A DNA stretch of 64,000 nucleotides from Cyanophora paradoxa CCMP329 (taxonomy: Eukaryota > Plantae > Glaucophyta). The stretch covers positions 62,001 through 126,000 of the forward strand of contig QPMI01000496.1 in the NCBI GenBank assembly GCA_004431415.1, read 5' to 3'. Shown piece by piece: positions 1 to 12,500 of this stretch (its first letter is position 1; each line of letters starts with the position of its first letter). A program made the position numbers and the translations under genes. Below the pieces are notes generated by a model, which was not told the DNA's origin, did no database searches, and saw only the letters and a program-made list of their open reading frames with translations.

Positions 1-3000
1 GCGCCCGCCTCGTCCAGGACGCCCATCAGCAGCGCGCCCTTCGGCACGAAGATGCGCGCCTTCGCCTTCAGGTCCTTCAGCTGCGCGCGCGTGCGGATGT
101 ACATCGATATCTGTGGCCGCGGCCACGGGCACGAAATAGTGTTCGGGCGCGAATCGCTGAATGCGACAGGAATGCGAGCCTGGTTCAGGCGGTAGACGTC
201 GAGGGCGGCGAGGAGGAGCGGGTCGCGGTGCCGCGTCAGCATCCCGGCTCGCACCATGGCCGCGATCCGCCTGGAAGAAAATCATCATGATCAGGCAAAT
301 TTGAGACAACTGGCTGAGCAAGAGAATTAGAATCGAGGACGCACCGCCCAATTCCGAATCCATCCGAGTTGCGCGCCAGAACTCTCAATGCGACCTCTTC
401 CTTTGAAAAGATTTCGTTGAGCTGGCTAACCTGCAGCAGAATGTTGAATCGTGAAATAAATAGCTGTGCGCATGCTTTGCAAGCACGCGTGCCTGATCAT
501 CTTTCAATGCCAAGAAAACATCGTCTTTCACACCGAGAGTCGAGAGCAACATGATAAGCTGCAAGAAGACGTCGACAAGGTCCGCACATATTGATTGAAC
601 GCACGAGTAATTGAATGCACCTGGCGGCACGTGTACGCTGGGTGGAACGTGGCGGTCGAGACGACTTCTGCGACGTTGTGGCTGGAAGCGAATTTCCGCA
701 TGCTGGGCCGCAGCTCCATGCTGTGGCGGCCCTCGAGCCGCGGGTCGACAGATACCACGCCCTGCGCGGCCCGCCTTATATTGCATTTGCATGATCGGAC
801 ATCGCAATAGAAGAGAACTCCTGATCCGGATCCACCTCTATCTACCGATATCGATGCACTCGGTGGATATCGATCGCGCGGGCCGGCTCGTACGCATAAA
901 CGCATGGGAACATAGCGAGCTGCATAACCGGTGGAAAAAGAACCGCGGACCTTGTATCCTGAAAAGCGAATCTGAAAGGCAGAAGGAACGGGCTCCTCAT
1001 CATAGTCGTTCGGGCGGAGCTGCCGAAAAATCTACAACAGCAATATTAATTATAAACTATCGGGTCCGACGGTCGGCGCACAAATACTACTAGGCTAAGT
1101 TCGAGTCGGCACGCATGCCTCTTTTGCAAACGACGGCGATAAGGTGCCCACTCCGTCGGAGAAGCAGTACCCGTTGCGAGAAACATCGCCGATCTCCCTG
1201 AAGGAGCGGGCCGGCAAGGTGCGCGAGCACGGCACTGTCGTTGAGAAGCACTGTCCCATGCGAGCCGCGTGTCTGTGCATGCAATTGTGTGTTAGAAACA
1301 AAACCTGTAAACCTAAATCGTTTTAAAAACTTAAACCATGAGTGTCTTCAAAAGATCTTACTTGGCTATAACTTTCACTGCTGAGAAGTCTCCCATCGCT
1401 TTCCATACAGATTTCACTGTGAGGTTCTTTGAGGGGTCCTCGTGCATGAACCAGCATCCATGCTCCCGCAACTGAGAGGAGCTGAAGCGCATTTAGCCAC
1501 GGTGCAAGTCGTTAAATGTTTATTTAATTTAATTATCGAAAGACGCACCTGAATGCGAGGAATTGAAAGACGCGCCCCGCCAATTGGATACCGCTGGCCA
1601 TCACTCTTGAGATCCGCCCATACACATCGGTCAACGATACGTCTGCGCGCGATTCATGGCCATGGTAGATTTTATTCGCTGAAAACGTGCATGTTCTATA
1701 GCGCGAGCTTGCACTTGTAGAAATGATCATGACGTACACGTTCGCGTTCCGGCCATGGCGCTTGCAAGCAGCTTGTTGCCGCGCTCGTCTCCGAAATGAA
1801 CTCGCAGGAGGCAGTCCTCCGCGTCCTGCTCCTTGAAATACCGCACGACACGATTTCCAACCTGCGCAAACGTCGGAACAGGTAATAAATATTCTGGAAA
1901 GTACTCTCGAAATATTAATATGAAAACCTCTCGCTCGAATCCCAAGACAACCACGCGTAGAGGGGTTACAAGCACCCTGCAAACCTGTACATGGGTTATG
2001 CCGATTGCAGTCAGTCAAGCCCCGAGCGCAGCAAGGAACCTTAAGGGCGCAAACCTCTGCCGAGATTACGTGATTTGGCAGCACAGCAGCTGAAGACTGA
2101 GAGGCGCTCATGTCCGAAACCTTGTTCAGCGCCCGCGTCAAATCTTCCTCTGCGTTAACGTTGTCAAATTCATACGTAATCGGTAGATTTGAAGCCCTCA
2201 CAAAACTTGAGAAAAGAGCGAATTCTCACCAAACTCATCCCCCAAAATAGGGTACGAATTTGCGTATAGGCTCGAGAGAGCGCGGACGGCGACAGTGGCG
2301 CTGCACAGTGAGAGCGTCTGCCACGCGGACGGAGAGATGCACTCCGGCGCGAGCCGCCCGTGCGAAACGAGGCTCTGAAGTTCGACGGCAGCGCGAAACG
2401 GCACCCCGTGCCTGGTGATCTGCTCTTGAAAGGAAGACAGGGTGTATTTCTTTGGGATGCGGGGCCATGAGACGCGCACGGACATTGGTGCTGTACATGC
2501 GCCGCGGACGGCGCTCTGGACGAGCTCGAAAAATTTCGCAGCCTCAGCCGGGGAAACAAAGGCGACCCGCCAGGCCAGGGAGATGCCGAGAGGGAGCTGC
2601 GGCCCCTGCAAAAACATCTTGTTTGTTTCAGACGGAGACGGAAGCCGGAGACCCGATCTTCGCAACAGATCATTGATCTCGAATTCGTCAACGGGCTGGG
2701 GATCCAAATCCAGGCCTGCAGCAGACGTCTCGGCGGCATCCAACCGTGGGTTCACCGTCCTGCACCAAACGCGGTCCTCGTCGTCAGCCGTCCAGGTGTC
2801 CCAATCGTTGTTCTCAGCTGATGACGCTCCCAGATCGGGCTGGTGGCGGAAGAAACGCGGCGGACGTCGAAGGAGCCAGTACACCGCCCCTGCCCCGCTG
2901 TCCAGGGTAACTTCGAGCAGGTCTTTGAACGCGACAGACATTCGGAACGCCGTCTGGTCGAGGCGGCCCGATCCGCGGAGGCATCCGGCGGGCATAAAGC

Positions 3001-3484
3001 CGTCGAAGTTGACCCCGCGTCCGAAAAGCTGGGGCCGCAGCCGCACGCAAGCCTTGATCGGAGCCGAAGAAGCTGTCAACTTTGCGACTGGAAGCGAGAA
3101 TCGAGCAGTGAAGCCGTCGGCAGAGTCATAGAAGCCCGCCGAAATCCGAGCAACTGAGAACGTGCTCGCCATTGCAACCTCGTCATCCCCCGCCATTCTC
3201 GCGATCAACCGATTTGAAACCCTGACTTCAATGTAACGCGCATTGATTTCCACCGTCTTGCCGACCATAAATTCCGCGGCGGTCCTCGGCGCGACGGTAA
3301 CGAATGCGTAGAACTTCTTCCGGTTCAAATCGATTCTGAGGATGCGCGAACTGGGGAATGCACGCGTCAGTGCCTCGGAAATGTGCGCCGAAGTTGTCGA
3401 GCGGAGCAGGCCGCCAACATGAAGCTCGGCGAAATTCTGGCTGGCCTGCGCATTCGGATCCACGGTCAATCGCACCGGCTTCAT
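1..3484 (-). CDS. RDR: Eukaryotic RNAi RNA-dependent RNA polymerase (RDR-alpha clade, RDR1/2/6-like) with N-terminal RRM; spliced, 3' part lies beyond the left edge
   Basis: Spliced translation gives an RRM (LHVGGL...KKFYAFVTV) and the motifs NRVVRYF, LRVHFGDE, FQFLAFSSSQLREHGCWF, AKHAARMGQCFSTT, YCFSDGVG, LRPSMRKF and KARIFVPKGALLMGVLDE. The catalytic DxDGD is not in the window. Start taken as the first ATG of ORF 2198..3505. Confidence 0.95.
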
Positions 3485-3710
3485 ATCGAATGCATTCGCT
3501 CGCAAATGGTTTCTTGAATTTGCGCACCATGCGGACGCTCGCGACTGCTCTCCCGCAAAATTGCGGCATGCGCAGTTCTCCCGCGCGCGGCTTCTAGCGA
3601 TGGCGGCGGCGCGCGGTCTGGTTGGACCGGTTTCGCTACTACTGTTTAATTCCGCGGACCGGCAGCTGCTGCTTTCGCGGCGGCGGCGCGCGGAGGCGGC
3701 GCGTGGCGGC

Positions 3711-3917
3711 AGTTAGCTAGTTAGCTATAGCGGCTGTTTCTGTTAACGTTTCTAGCTGGCTGTTTTCTTTTCCTCTAGATCTAGCCGGACTCTCATGCTT
3801 TCCGATCCTCTAGCTAGCCAGCTATGGCTAGCGAGCTAGCTCGAGCCTCGAGCTCCTGATTGTAATTATAATATAAATGCAATGATTTGTCGCGCTAATA
3901 TTAATTAATTATATAGC
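3711..3917. promoter_or_regulatory. Probable divergent promoter region between RDR and the first F-box gene
   Basis: CTAG/AGCT-dense tract followed by an AT-rich island with TATA-like words (tataatataaa, taattaattatata), between two head-to-head ATGs. Confidence 0.4.
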
Positions 3918-4043
3918 TCCTCTCAACTCGGCGAGTTTAATCTGTCTCTCTAGTCGGGACGGATATACGTATACGTATCCTTCTGCCGCTGGTCGCAGCG
4001 CGCGCGCCGATCGCACCTGTCTTCAGCGAAGCGAATTCGAAGG

Positions 4044-7000
4044 ATGCCGAGTGCGGCCGTGCAGACGGATCTAGAACAGTGCGCGCGCTGCAGCTGGGTT
4101 TTCGCCGCCTTCGCCCCTCGCAGAATTTTCGCACTCATATACACGAAATTCGCGCAGGCGCTTTGCAGATCGGGCTCCAGCTGAACGTTTGCGATTCTTG
4201 AGCGGAAGGAAGCGTCTCCGCTGCCATTCGGAGGAACCGGGCAATCGGCATCGCGAGACCCGCGATGAGGATAGCGGAAAGATCATTCCGCAGCTCCGCG
4301 CAACTCTTTGCCGCTCGCGCGAGGAGCTGGCCGCAGAGCTAGCCCCACGGGACGCGAAAATTTTCGAATACGGGTTCCCTGAGGTCCAGATCCCCGCCGC
4401 TATGCGGTGCGTCTTTATTTCTAGAGATCTATAAAGACAACTTCGCCTTCCGCTGATCATGTTCCAGCGCGGCACCGAGCGTCGCTGTCCAAACAGAGGA
4501 CATGGTTGAACCGCGAAACGAGGCGCAAAAGCTGCGCGAAGAAATCCTCGCAGCAAAGATCTCGCGGCGGTGCCACCAGCAGAAGCGAACGGGCGTCTTC
4601 TATGCTCTCGTGGGCGTGGCGCGGGACGAGGAGGACCTCGCGCCAGTCGAGCTTTTGGACCATGATCTGCTGCGCGTCTTCGAGCTGATAGTAGAGGTGC
4701 GACTCGCTTTCGCGCGTCCAATGCACCGAGCGTGAGCTGTGCCTAAGATTTAATTTCATTATAAACACTTTCGAGCAATTTTTCGCGCGATCAAATTCGA
4801 AAACCCTGGCGCACAGAGGGGCAAGAAGGAGAATTCCCTCCCAGAGGCGCACCGGCTCCTCTGCGCGGCGATGCGCGTCTCCCGCCGCTGGCACCGCCTC
4901 GCGTCGCAGCCGCACCTCTGGTCCACTTTCCACCTGCGGTGCGCCCGGTTTCTCGTTCCGTCTTTGTTCGACCCGACGTCGCTACTAATCAAATAATTCG
5001 CGCAGTGCGCACGCTGTCCAGCTCCCGTGGGCATTCAACGCCCTCGCGACGCTGCCGCGCTTCCGATCCCTCGCGCACCTGAGCCTCGACATCTTCGATA
5101 CCTCTGCCGACGACATCGTTCCCCATGGCCAGCTGCAGCTCGTGAAAGACTCGTTCGCTTTTGGCATCGAGTCCGGCCGCTGCCTTGTGCCCTGCAACGG
5201 CGGCTCGGGCCTGCCGCCCCTCAGCCGCGTCCGCAGCCTCGCCCTGCGCCTCTTCCATGTGCGCACCGCACCCTACGTATACGCCTAGGCCTATAGTTAG
5301 GCCTGAAATATCTCTCTTTATATGGGCACCGATCGGCCGCATAGTAATTGATCCCGGCCGCGGCGCCGCTCAGGTGCGGGGGCTGCTCCTGAAGCAGGAC
5401 CCGGAGGGCGCCGTGTTCCGGAGGCTCGTGCCAACCCCGGAGAGCCTGCCGTGGATCCCGGCCTGCACGCCCGACGACCTGCGCCGCACCCTCGACCCCG
5501 TCCTGTGCCACTCGAGCTCGTCGCTCTTCCAGAGGGCGGGCGCGTCTGCTTTAAGGCTTTAAGGCTTTGCGCCTCGTCGCATGAATCGAAGGCTTCAAGG
5601 CAAGCTTAAAGCCTCCAATTTAGAATGAATTAATTCGAAGCTTCGAATTCGAACTGTTTGGAGCTCAAGCGTTTTTTAGTTATATATAGGATCTAATCTC
5701 ATGGATCCGCAGTCGAGCTCTTCGACATCCCGGCGCGCTTCCCCGGCCTGGAGCGCATCGCGCTGCCCGGCGAGCGCGCCGGCTGCCTCCGCGGCGTCGG
5801 CATCCTCGCCGGCTACGAGTTCACCCGCGTCGAGCGGTGCCCGGTCGCCCCCGATGTAAAATCGCACATTAAAGTTCACGTTGAATCGAAGGTTTCCATG
5901 CTGACTCGAGCGGACGACAGGCTCGACCTCCGCGTCCACTTTCCCGGACATCCTTCCGAATCGACCCTCCAGCTCTTCAATGAGGTAGGATCCCGTTTCC
6001 GGCCCCTTGCCTCCGGGATCCCGCCGCATTGATCGTGAACATTAAATTGATCCCGGCCCTGCCGCGCCCCAGTTCCCGCGGCTGCGCTGGCTGCGCAGCG
6101 CCTCGGCGGAGGGGACCGAGGGCCTGTCGCGCCTCCTGGACGGGCTGGTGCCCGATCCCGGGGACGCGGGCGAGAGCGAGCCCGAAGGCGCCCGCCCCGT
6201 CGCGGTCAGCGATCTCGAGGTCCGCGACGTCGACTTCGGCGCGGGGGCGCAGTTCGGGGTCGCCGGCGGCCGCCCCCCCGCCGAGCTGCTGCGCGCCTGC
6301 CTCGAGCGCACGCGGCCCCGCGCCCTCCTCCTCGCCCGCTGCACCGGCCTCCGCCACCTCGGGCACGCGCTCGCGATCGCCCCTTCCAGCTCCGTCCTGT
6401 GCGCACGGCTTGAATGGCGCCTCTCCTCGCGATCGCCCTCCCTTCTCCGACGGCCTTCACAGGAAACTCTCTCTCGGCTCTTCGACGCTGTCTCTTCTGC
6501 GCCTTGAGGACCTGCTGTGGATTTCGAGTGCGCCGCGCCCCTCGACGCTGAGCTCCTATCGCCCTATATTTTAAACGCGCCCGGCAGGCTGTCCTGCCTC
6601 TGTCCGCGTTCTTACTCTCGAGTTCGATCCTCGCGCGCTGTGCGTGATCATGACTAATTATCAATTATCAAACGAGTTAATGTTGCGAGGCCACTGGCAA
6701 GCGCTAGCGCTAGCCTGAGCCCGTCCCCGCGGGCAGGTACAAGTTCGCGGCGGTGGCGCACCTGATCCTGGCCGCCCTCCACCTGCCCGCCCTGCGCCGC
6801 CTCGTCTGCCGGGGCGGCCCGCAGGGCGTCGCCCTCCTCGGCGCCGGCCGCCGCCCCGGGGGCGCCGGCGCCGGCGGCCCCGATCGCGACCCCGTCGCGA
6901 TCGTCGAGAAGCCCTGCAGGGCGCCCCGCCCTCGGGATCGGGGGGCGGGGCCCGACCCGTGGCTCCGCTACTCGTTCCTCGTCTCATACATGCTCTGTGA

Positions 7001-7512
7001 TTGGGGGCTGGACCCGGCGATATCGATCCCCGGCGCGGCTCGCGATCGGTGCACATGCGCTTCGAATCCAAATCGGATATTTTCAGTTGCCTTTCGCCGC
7101 CCTGATTCGAAATCCACGGCGCAGCAGTGTGCAGCAGTTTGCTGGGGAAGAGCCGGTGCGGCGGTTCTAATTTGATTACCAGACATTCGCGCAAATTCTG
7201 ATTTTCGCGCGAAAATGCGAAACCCGCGAGACAGGGTTCGGACGCGGAGAGCGATATCGATGCTGAGCTGGGGCCGGACCCGCGGGCCGCGGATCCAGAG
7301 GCCGGAGTCAGTGACCAGGTCTGCTGCTGCTTTATTTGTACATTGCCGGCGCCATACACTGCTGCTTCTTTATTCGTACATTCCAGGCTGGGGCTCGGGA
7401 TCCGGGCCGGGCCGACGAGGGCAGCGGCGAGGATGACGACGGCTGCAGCCTGGCGGAGGAGCTCGAGTTCGAGCTGCGGGACGTCCCCGACACCTTCCTC
7501 GCGATCGACTAG
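4044..7512 (+). CDS. F-box protein with degenerate LRR-like C-terminus (multi-exon)
   Basis: F-box split over exons: LAPVELLDHDLLRVFELIVE (about 4637-4696), then LLCAAMRVSRRWHRLASQPHLW (about 4853-4921). LRR-like segments follow (FPGLERIALP, LARCTGLRHL, LHLPALRRL). Start and internal exons are approximate. Confidence 0.7.
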
Positions 7513-8221
7513 CCAGCTGCAGTAGGCGATCAATATCGCTAGCTATAGTCCTGCGACCGCGGCCGCGCGAGCGCCTTTCGTGGCCGCAGCCTCGCTTCCG
7601 AGCGCGAAACATGTACATCGATTCGCAGGGCGTCAACCAAGCGCTGTACATGTGATACCAAATTAAACCGTCGAGCTGAAACGGACTCGAATCACGCTCT
7701 AGCTGCCGAAAGCTAAATTTATGTTTTTGCATTCCGGCCCCGGCAGCAGCTGACCATTTAAAATTGCAGCAAACTGAATTTAAAGCCGACCAGGAAGCAG
7801 CACGCGCAGGATCCCGGAAGGGGGGCAGGTTGAAAGTGAATTTGCTAAATCATGATCATTGAATGAACGTTCCGAAGTTCGCGGGTGCAAGTCCCTGAGG
7901 ACCGCCATTCTTCCCGCGTGACGTCGACAGGAGTGCGTGCAGATCTAGACACAGGATTTGCGAGTTGCGAACAGCTGCCCCCGGGCCCGACCAAAGAGGT
8001 CCGACGTCGACGGCCAACGCTCAACCGCGATGCTCTCTTGCAAGAGTTCATTAGTTAGCGCAATTAGTTCGATTAGTTAGATTAGTTCAATTGATTAGAG
8101 GCAAGAGACTCTGAGAGTTACGTAATTAGTCTGCGAAGCTTCTTCGAATTCTATTTGCATCCATATTTACAGAAGGCCTATAGGGCGCCTGAAGCTTCGA
8201 TTAGGTGCCTGAGCATTATGA

Positions 8222-8742
8222 TCACCCTTGCTCGTCGTCGCCTTCGCGCTTCCCCACGTCGTCGCCGCCACCATCGTCATTCTCTCCCTGGCGCGCGCGG
8301 GCTTGCCAGTCGTCGGGGCGCTCGTCGTAGCCTTTGCCTTTCCTGCGCGCGCGCTCAGCGGCTCCGCCTGAATGAATATTCCTGCGCGCGCGCTCCGCCT
8401 TTATTCCACATATATATGCAGCGCGTTTCTGCCCTCGCGAGCGGGCCGGAGGCGAGAAGTTGCGCACCAATACGCGGAATTGTTAGGGTTGTCTGCGCCA
8501 CGAATTTTAATTCGCGCGCATAGCCTGGCAGGCTGCGGCTGCGCACTGGCGTATGCGTGGCGGTCGAGATCCCCCTTCCTGCTGGTCGTCATGTAGCAGC
8601 CGTCGCGATCGCTGTTGTCGTCGCTGGAGCAGTGGTTATTCGCGATCCGGCTCGATTGCGATCGCGATGCGCATATAATAGACCGCGGGCCGCACGCGCA
8701 CTTTCCAGATCCAGAGGCGTCGTCGCTTGAGGCGTTCCCCAT
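8222..8742 (-). CDS. Small (about 87 aa) hydrophilic orphan protein with N-myristoylation-type start MGNASS, 3 exons
   Basis: ATG at 8742 and two GTGCGC...CAG introns whose phases join in frame: MGNASSDDASGSGN-DDNSDRDGCYMTTSRKGDLDRHAYA-SGAAERARRKGKGYDERPDDWQ...GDDEQG*. Confidence 0.55.
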
Positions 8743-9119
8743 GCTGTGACGCTGCGGAAGTGCGCTATCAAAATTTGGCGGCGTGTACAAGTGTGCGCGC
8801 ACCGGAAGGGTTCGCTCGAATTTTCGCCCGAATTTTCTGGACATGAATTGAATTTGAGATTCTAGCTCGCTCTGCACATTTTCTCTCTAACTTTAATCTT
8901 AATACGCAATATTTTTGAAGGCGGCCATCATGGCATGCATGTGCAATCATATGCATGCATATGCATGTGATCAATCGGATGTGAAAGAGAGTGGAAGTGA
9001 ATACAAGGGATTTGGCCCCGGGGGAGGCTCGAGGGGTGGGGAGGCCTAGTGGGGAGGACTAGCGAGGGCTACTAGGCTATACGGAAAACTAAAACAAAAG
9101 GTGGGGAGGCCTAGGAGGA

Positions 9120-11363
9120 TCAAGGCCCTCAACGGGCGAGACCAGGAAGCCGCGCCAGAACCCGCGATCAGTCTCGGGATCGGGATCGGGGGTGCGGGGC
9201 CCACGCGGGGGGGCGCCCCCGGAAGAGGGCCGCCACGGCCTCCCGGGTGTGCCGCGGGGCGTCCACCGCCGCCACCGACACCGCCACCCTGGGGGGGAGG
9301 CCCTGGAGGATCTACCGCCGGCCGTCAAACGTGCACTGAGCGGCGCGACGCGACGCGAAGCGGCGCGGATCTGGAGCTCGAGGGCACCTGGTAGGGCCGG
9401 AGGGAGGCAGGGTCGCGGGGGAGGGGGCCGAGGTCGGCCTTCACGCGGAGGCAGAGGAGGGCCGGGAGCGCCAGGACCGCCGCGGCCTCGGCCTCGTAGA
9501 GGGGTCGCCCCGCGTCCAGGTGCAGGGCGGCGAGGGCGCGGCGCACGCCGGGGCTCCCCAGGAACGCCGCCACGTCCCTCGGGCTCGCCCCCACGACTGC
9601 GCGAGTTCGAAGACGCTCAAGGCTCGAATTTCTGTCGAATTTCTTGGGCTCACCGGACATGTGCAGCCGGAGCCTGAGCTCGTCGAGGCGTGGGAGGTTG
9701 TTTATCGTCTCCGCGAGCGCCCGCAGGGCCCTCGCGATGCGCGCGGGGTAGACGCCGCCCGCGAAGTGCAGGAACGGCTCCCGCAGGCTCGCCATGCGGC
9801 GCAGGGTCCGGTAGGGCTCGTGATCGGCCGAGACCTCCTCCGGGTACCGGTCGCCGTCGATCTTGAAGAGAGAGAACACTCGTGAGCCAAAACCGAACTC
9901 GAAGTTTAATATTTTGAGACCTTTCAAAGTTTCTAATTATTACCGCACCCAGATGGGCTCGAGGCGCTCGAGCTTGGGCATGCGGCCGAGGGCGCGCAGG
10001 GCGGCGTCGGAGAGCCTGACCCGCGAGGGCTGCGGCGCCCCGGGCCGCCCCGGGAAGCCGCAGCCCCTGCGCGGGAAACGAGCGCTCAATCCCACGTCGC
10101 TCTCTCTCAGAGTCTTAAGCTTACGCCGGCCGCGGGCGCGCACGAGAAGCGCAGCAGCGCCCAGGGGCCGAAGAAGGCGAGGCTCCTCAGGCTCGCGCCG
10201 GCCGCCCCGTCGGCGAGGGCCGCGAGGCCGCCCGCCACGTCGCACCGGTCGTCCTCGAGGACGAGCGCCAGCCGCTCGAGGCGCGCCAGAGGCGCCAGCG
10301 CCGCCAGCGCTGATGACGGCGAGCCGCTCGGGTGGAGGGTGAGGGACTCGAGGAGGGGGCACGCGGCGGCGACGGCGGAGGCGACGTCGACGCCGGCGGG
10401 GCCCGGGAAGAGGAGGGAGAGGGCGCGCAGGCCGCCGAACGGGGCCAGGGCGGCCCGCAGCTCGCGGCCGGCGGCCGCCGCTGCAGCCGCGTCCGGCGCC
10501 GGCGGCCCCGCGCCCGCGACCGCAGCTGGTTCGCGCCCGCCGCGGCCGCGGCCGCTGCCTCGCGGTCGCGGCCGGTGAGGTCGACGCTGAGGCTCTCGAG
10601 CGTGCCGGCCGGCGCCGCGGCCGCGGCCGCGCCGGCCGGCGGATCCGGGCGCAGGGCGCGCAGCACTCCGAGGAAGAAGTCGAACGCGCTGCCGCTGATG
10701 CACGCGAGCTCGGCGTCGTAGGAGCCGGCGCCGGCGCTGGCGACGAGGTCGACGACCACCTCCCGCGGCTGCACGCGCGCCCCGCCGGCCGCGGCTGCGA
10801 GGAGCCTGAGCGCTGCTGCTGCCGCCGCCGCCGCTGGAGTTGGCGGGATCGGCTCCCTATCCTCGCCGCTGTCGCCGTCGCTGCCGTCGTCGCTGTCGGC
10901 GTCGCGATCGGCCGGCGCCGGCGCCGGCAGCCGCAGCTCCACGCCGAGCGCGAGCGCCGCGCCGCGGCGGAGGCGCAGCTTCCCCGCCGCAAAGAGGGCC
11001 GCCGCCGCGTCGAAGAGGCGCGCGCTGTCCAGATCCCGAGCGACGGCCGCGGCCTTGTCGTCGACGTCCACCGCTTGGGCCAGCGGCCGCGGCCCCAGCT
11101 CGAGCTCCGACCACTCCGTCTGCTCGACCGCTCTCCGCCAGCGCCTGCGCGATGCGCGCGGCCCCGCCGCCCCCGCCCCTTCCTTAGCGGCGGCAGGCCG
11201 AGGGGCTCTATGCATGCGCAGATTGCTCGGCGGACCTGCAGACGGAGCGCAGGGGCCAGCTGCTCCGCGGCCCGAGGGCCTCGAAGAGTTCGCCCAGGAG
11301 CGCGTCCGGCAGCACGCTGAAGGCCCCCGCCCCCGCCGCCGTCGCGTCTGGATCTCCGGGCAT
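9120..11363 (-). CDS. F-box/LRR-like protein (3' end approximate)
   Basis: N-terminus MPGDPDATAAGAGAFSVLPDALLGELFEALGPRSSWPLRSVCR|RWRRAVEQTEW is an F-box. Downstream LRR-like units include GGLRALSL, ACPLLESLTL, LARLERLAL, MPKLERLE and LPRLDELRL. Confidence 0.8.
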
Positions 11364-12500
11364 AGCTGCGCTCTGAGGCTCGGCGGCGCCGCGGCGCGCC
11401 TTAAGATTCTAGACCTATAGCTACCTTGCCTGTGTGTGGACGTGCCGGGTGCTTGCTAGCGCTCAGCGGTTGCTCCTGCGCAAAAACACGTGAGCAGCGC
11501 ACAGGCCTAGCTATAGGGCGCGCCAGCGCCGAAGCGCGGCGCGTGGCCGGCGCGCGGGGCGCGAGATCCCCACTGGCAGCGGTCCGGTGCGAGCGGCTAG
11601 GGCTCGCCCCGCCGGGGAGGGCCGGGGAAGCGGTCGGACCTGCTTACAGTCTTCGGGCGACGTACGAACTCGTACGAACGATTTCACGGCGTTTGTGCCC
11701 GTGGCCCCGTGACCGGCCGCGCGCCTATGGAAAATGAAACACAGTGCAATTGTCAGTAAGGAATGATCGGATCGTCGGATCGGGCAGTACAGCAGGGAGT
11801 CGCACCGCTCGAATGCGGTCCGCGCGCCGGCGCCGGCGCCGGCGCGCCGCCTGGCCGATCGAGGCTCGCGCCTTCCGCGGCGTCACAGCGCGCGGCGCCC
11901 ATCTAGCTCTCAGCGGCCTGCGCACCGGCACGAGCACGTACTCGTTCCAATTGCATGTACCCTGGATCTTGCAGAATGCCAGAATCCGATCCGAGGCGGC
12001 GGTTAGTCCGGCAGTTAGCCGGCGCGCTCACGACCACTGCGGCGCGTTCATGGCGCAGTCGCGATCGCGCCTGCGCCGGCAGAGGCGCGCGCTGCCGCGC
12101 GCCGCGCGCTCATGATCAATCACGCTCTAACGTCGATCTCAAGTACGATCTGCGTCCGCCTTAAGTAGCCTTTCAAGTTTCGATCCGTGTTCTCGATCCA
12201 GCGCGCGCGTGTCGAAGAGCGGCGAGCGACCGCGTGTGCGGCAGGATGGACAGCCGCCAGGCGGCTCTCCGGCGGTTCCTGCACCAATCTCGTCCACGCC
12301 CTCGGCAAAGCCAATCGAGCAGTGCAACCCGCCGCTGCCCCTCGGCCCCCACACGCTGCCCCGCCTGCACCAACCCCGTCCGGACGCAGCGGCACTGCGG
12401 CAGTTGGAGCGAAGCGGAAAGAAGGGTATCTGGTACATTAGCTGGTCTATCGGTACAGCGACTCCCTCCTAAGTTAAGAGAGTCGGCGGCTGAGGGCCGC

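Noticed and set aside
1-3484. RdRP as a viral or endogenous viral element
   Set aside because: The motifs are those of cellular RNAi RDRs, and the gene has ordinary spliceosomal introns.
7810-8130. Polypurine tract followed by TGAAAG and ATTAG repeats, suggesting an LTR remnant
   Set aside because: No second LTR, primer-binding site, target-site duplication or retroelement coding sequence is visible.
9035-9115. Short direct repeats GGTGGGGAGG(C/A)CTAG as a CRISPR-like array
   Set aside because: Only 2-3 short, irregularly spaced copies in a eukaryotic 3' region, with no cas genes.
10480-10560. Frame switch in the second F-box gene as a pseudogenising frameshift
   Set aside because: It can be resolved by a short GC-AG intron (G|gcgcgaac...ctgcag), so there is no firm evidence of disruption.
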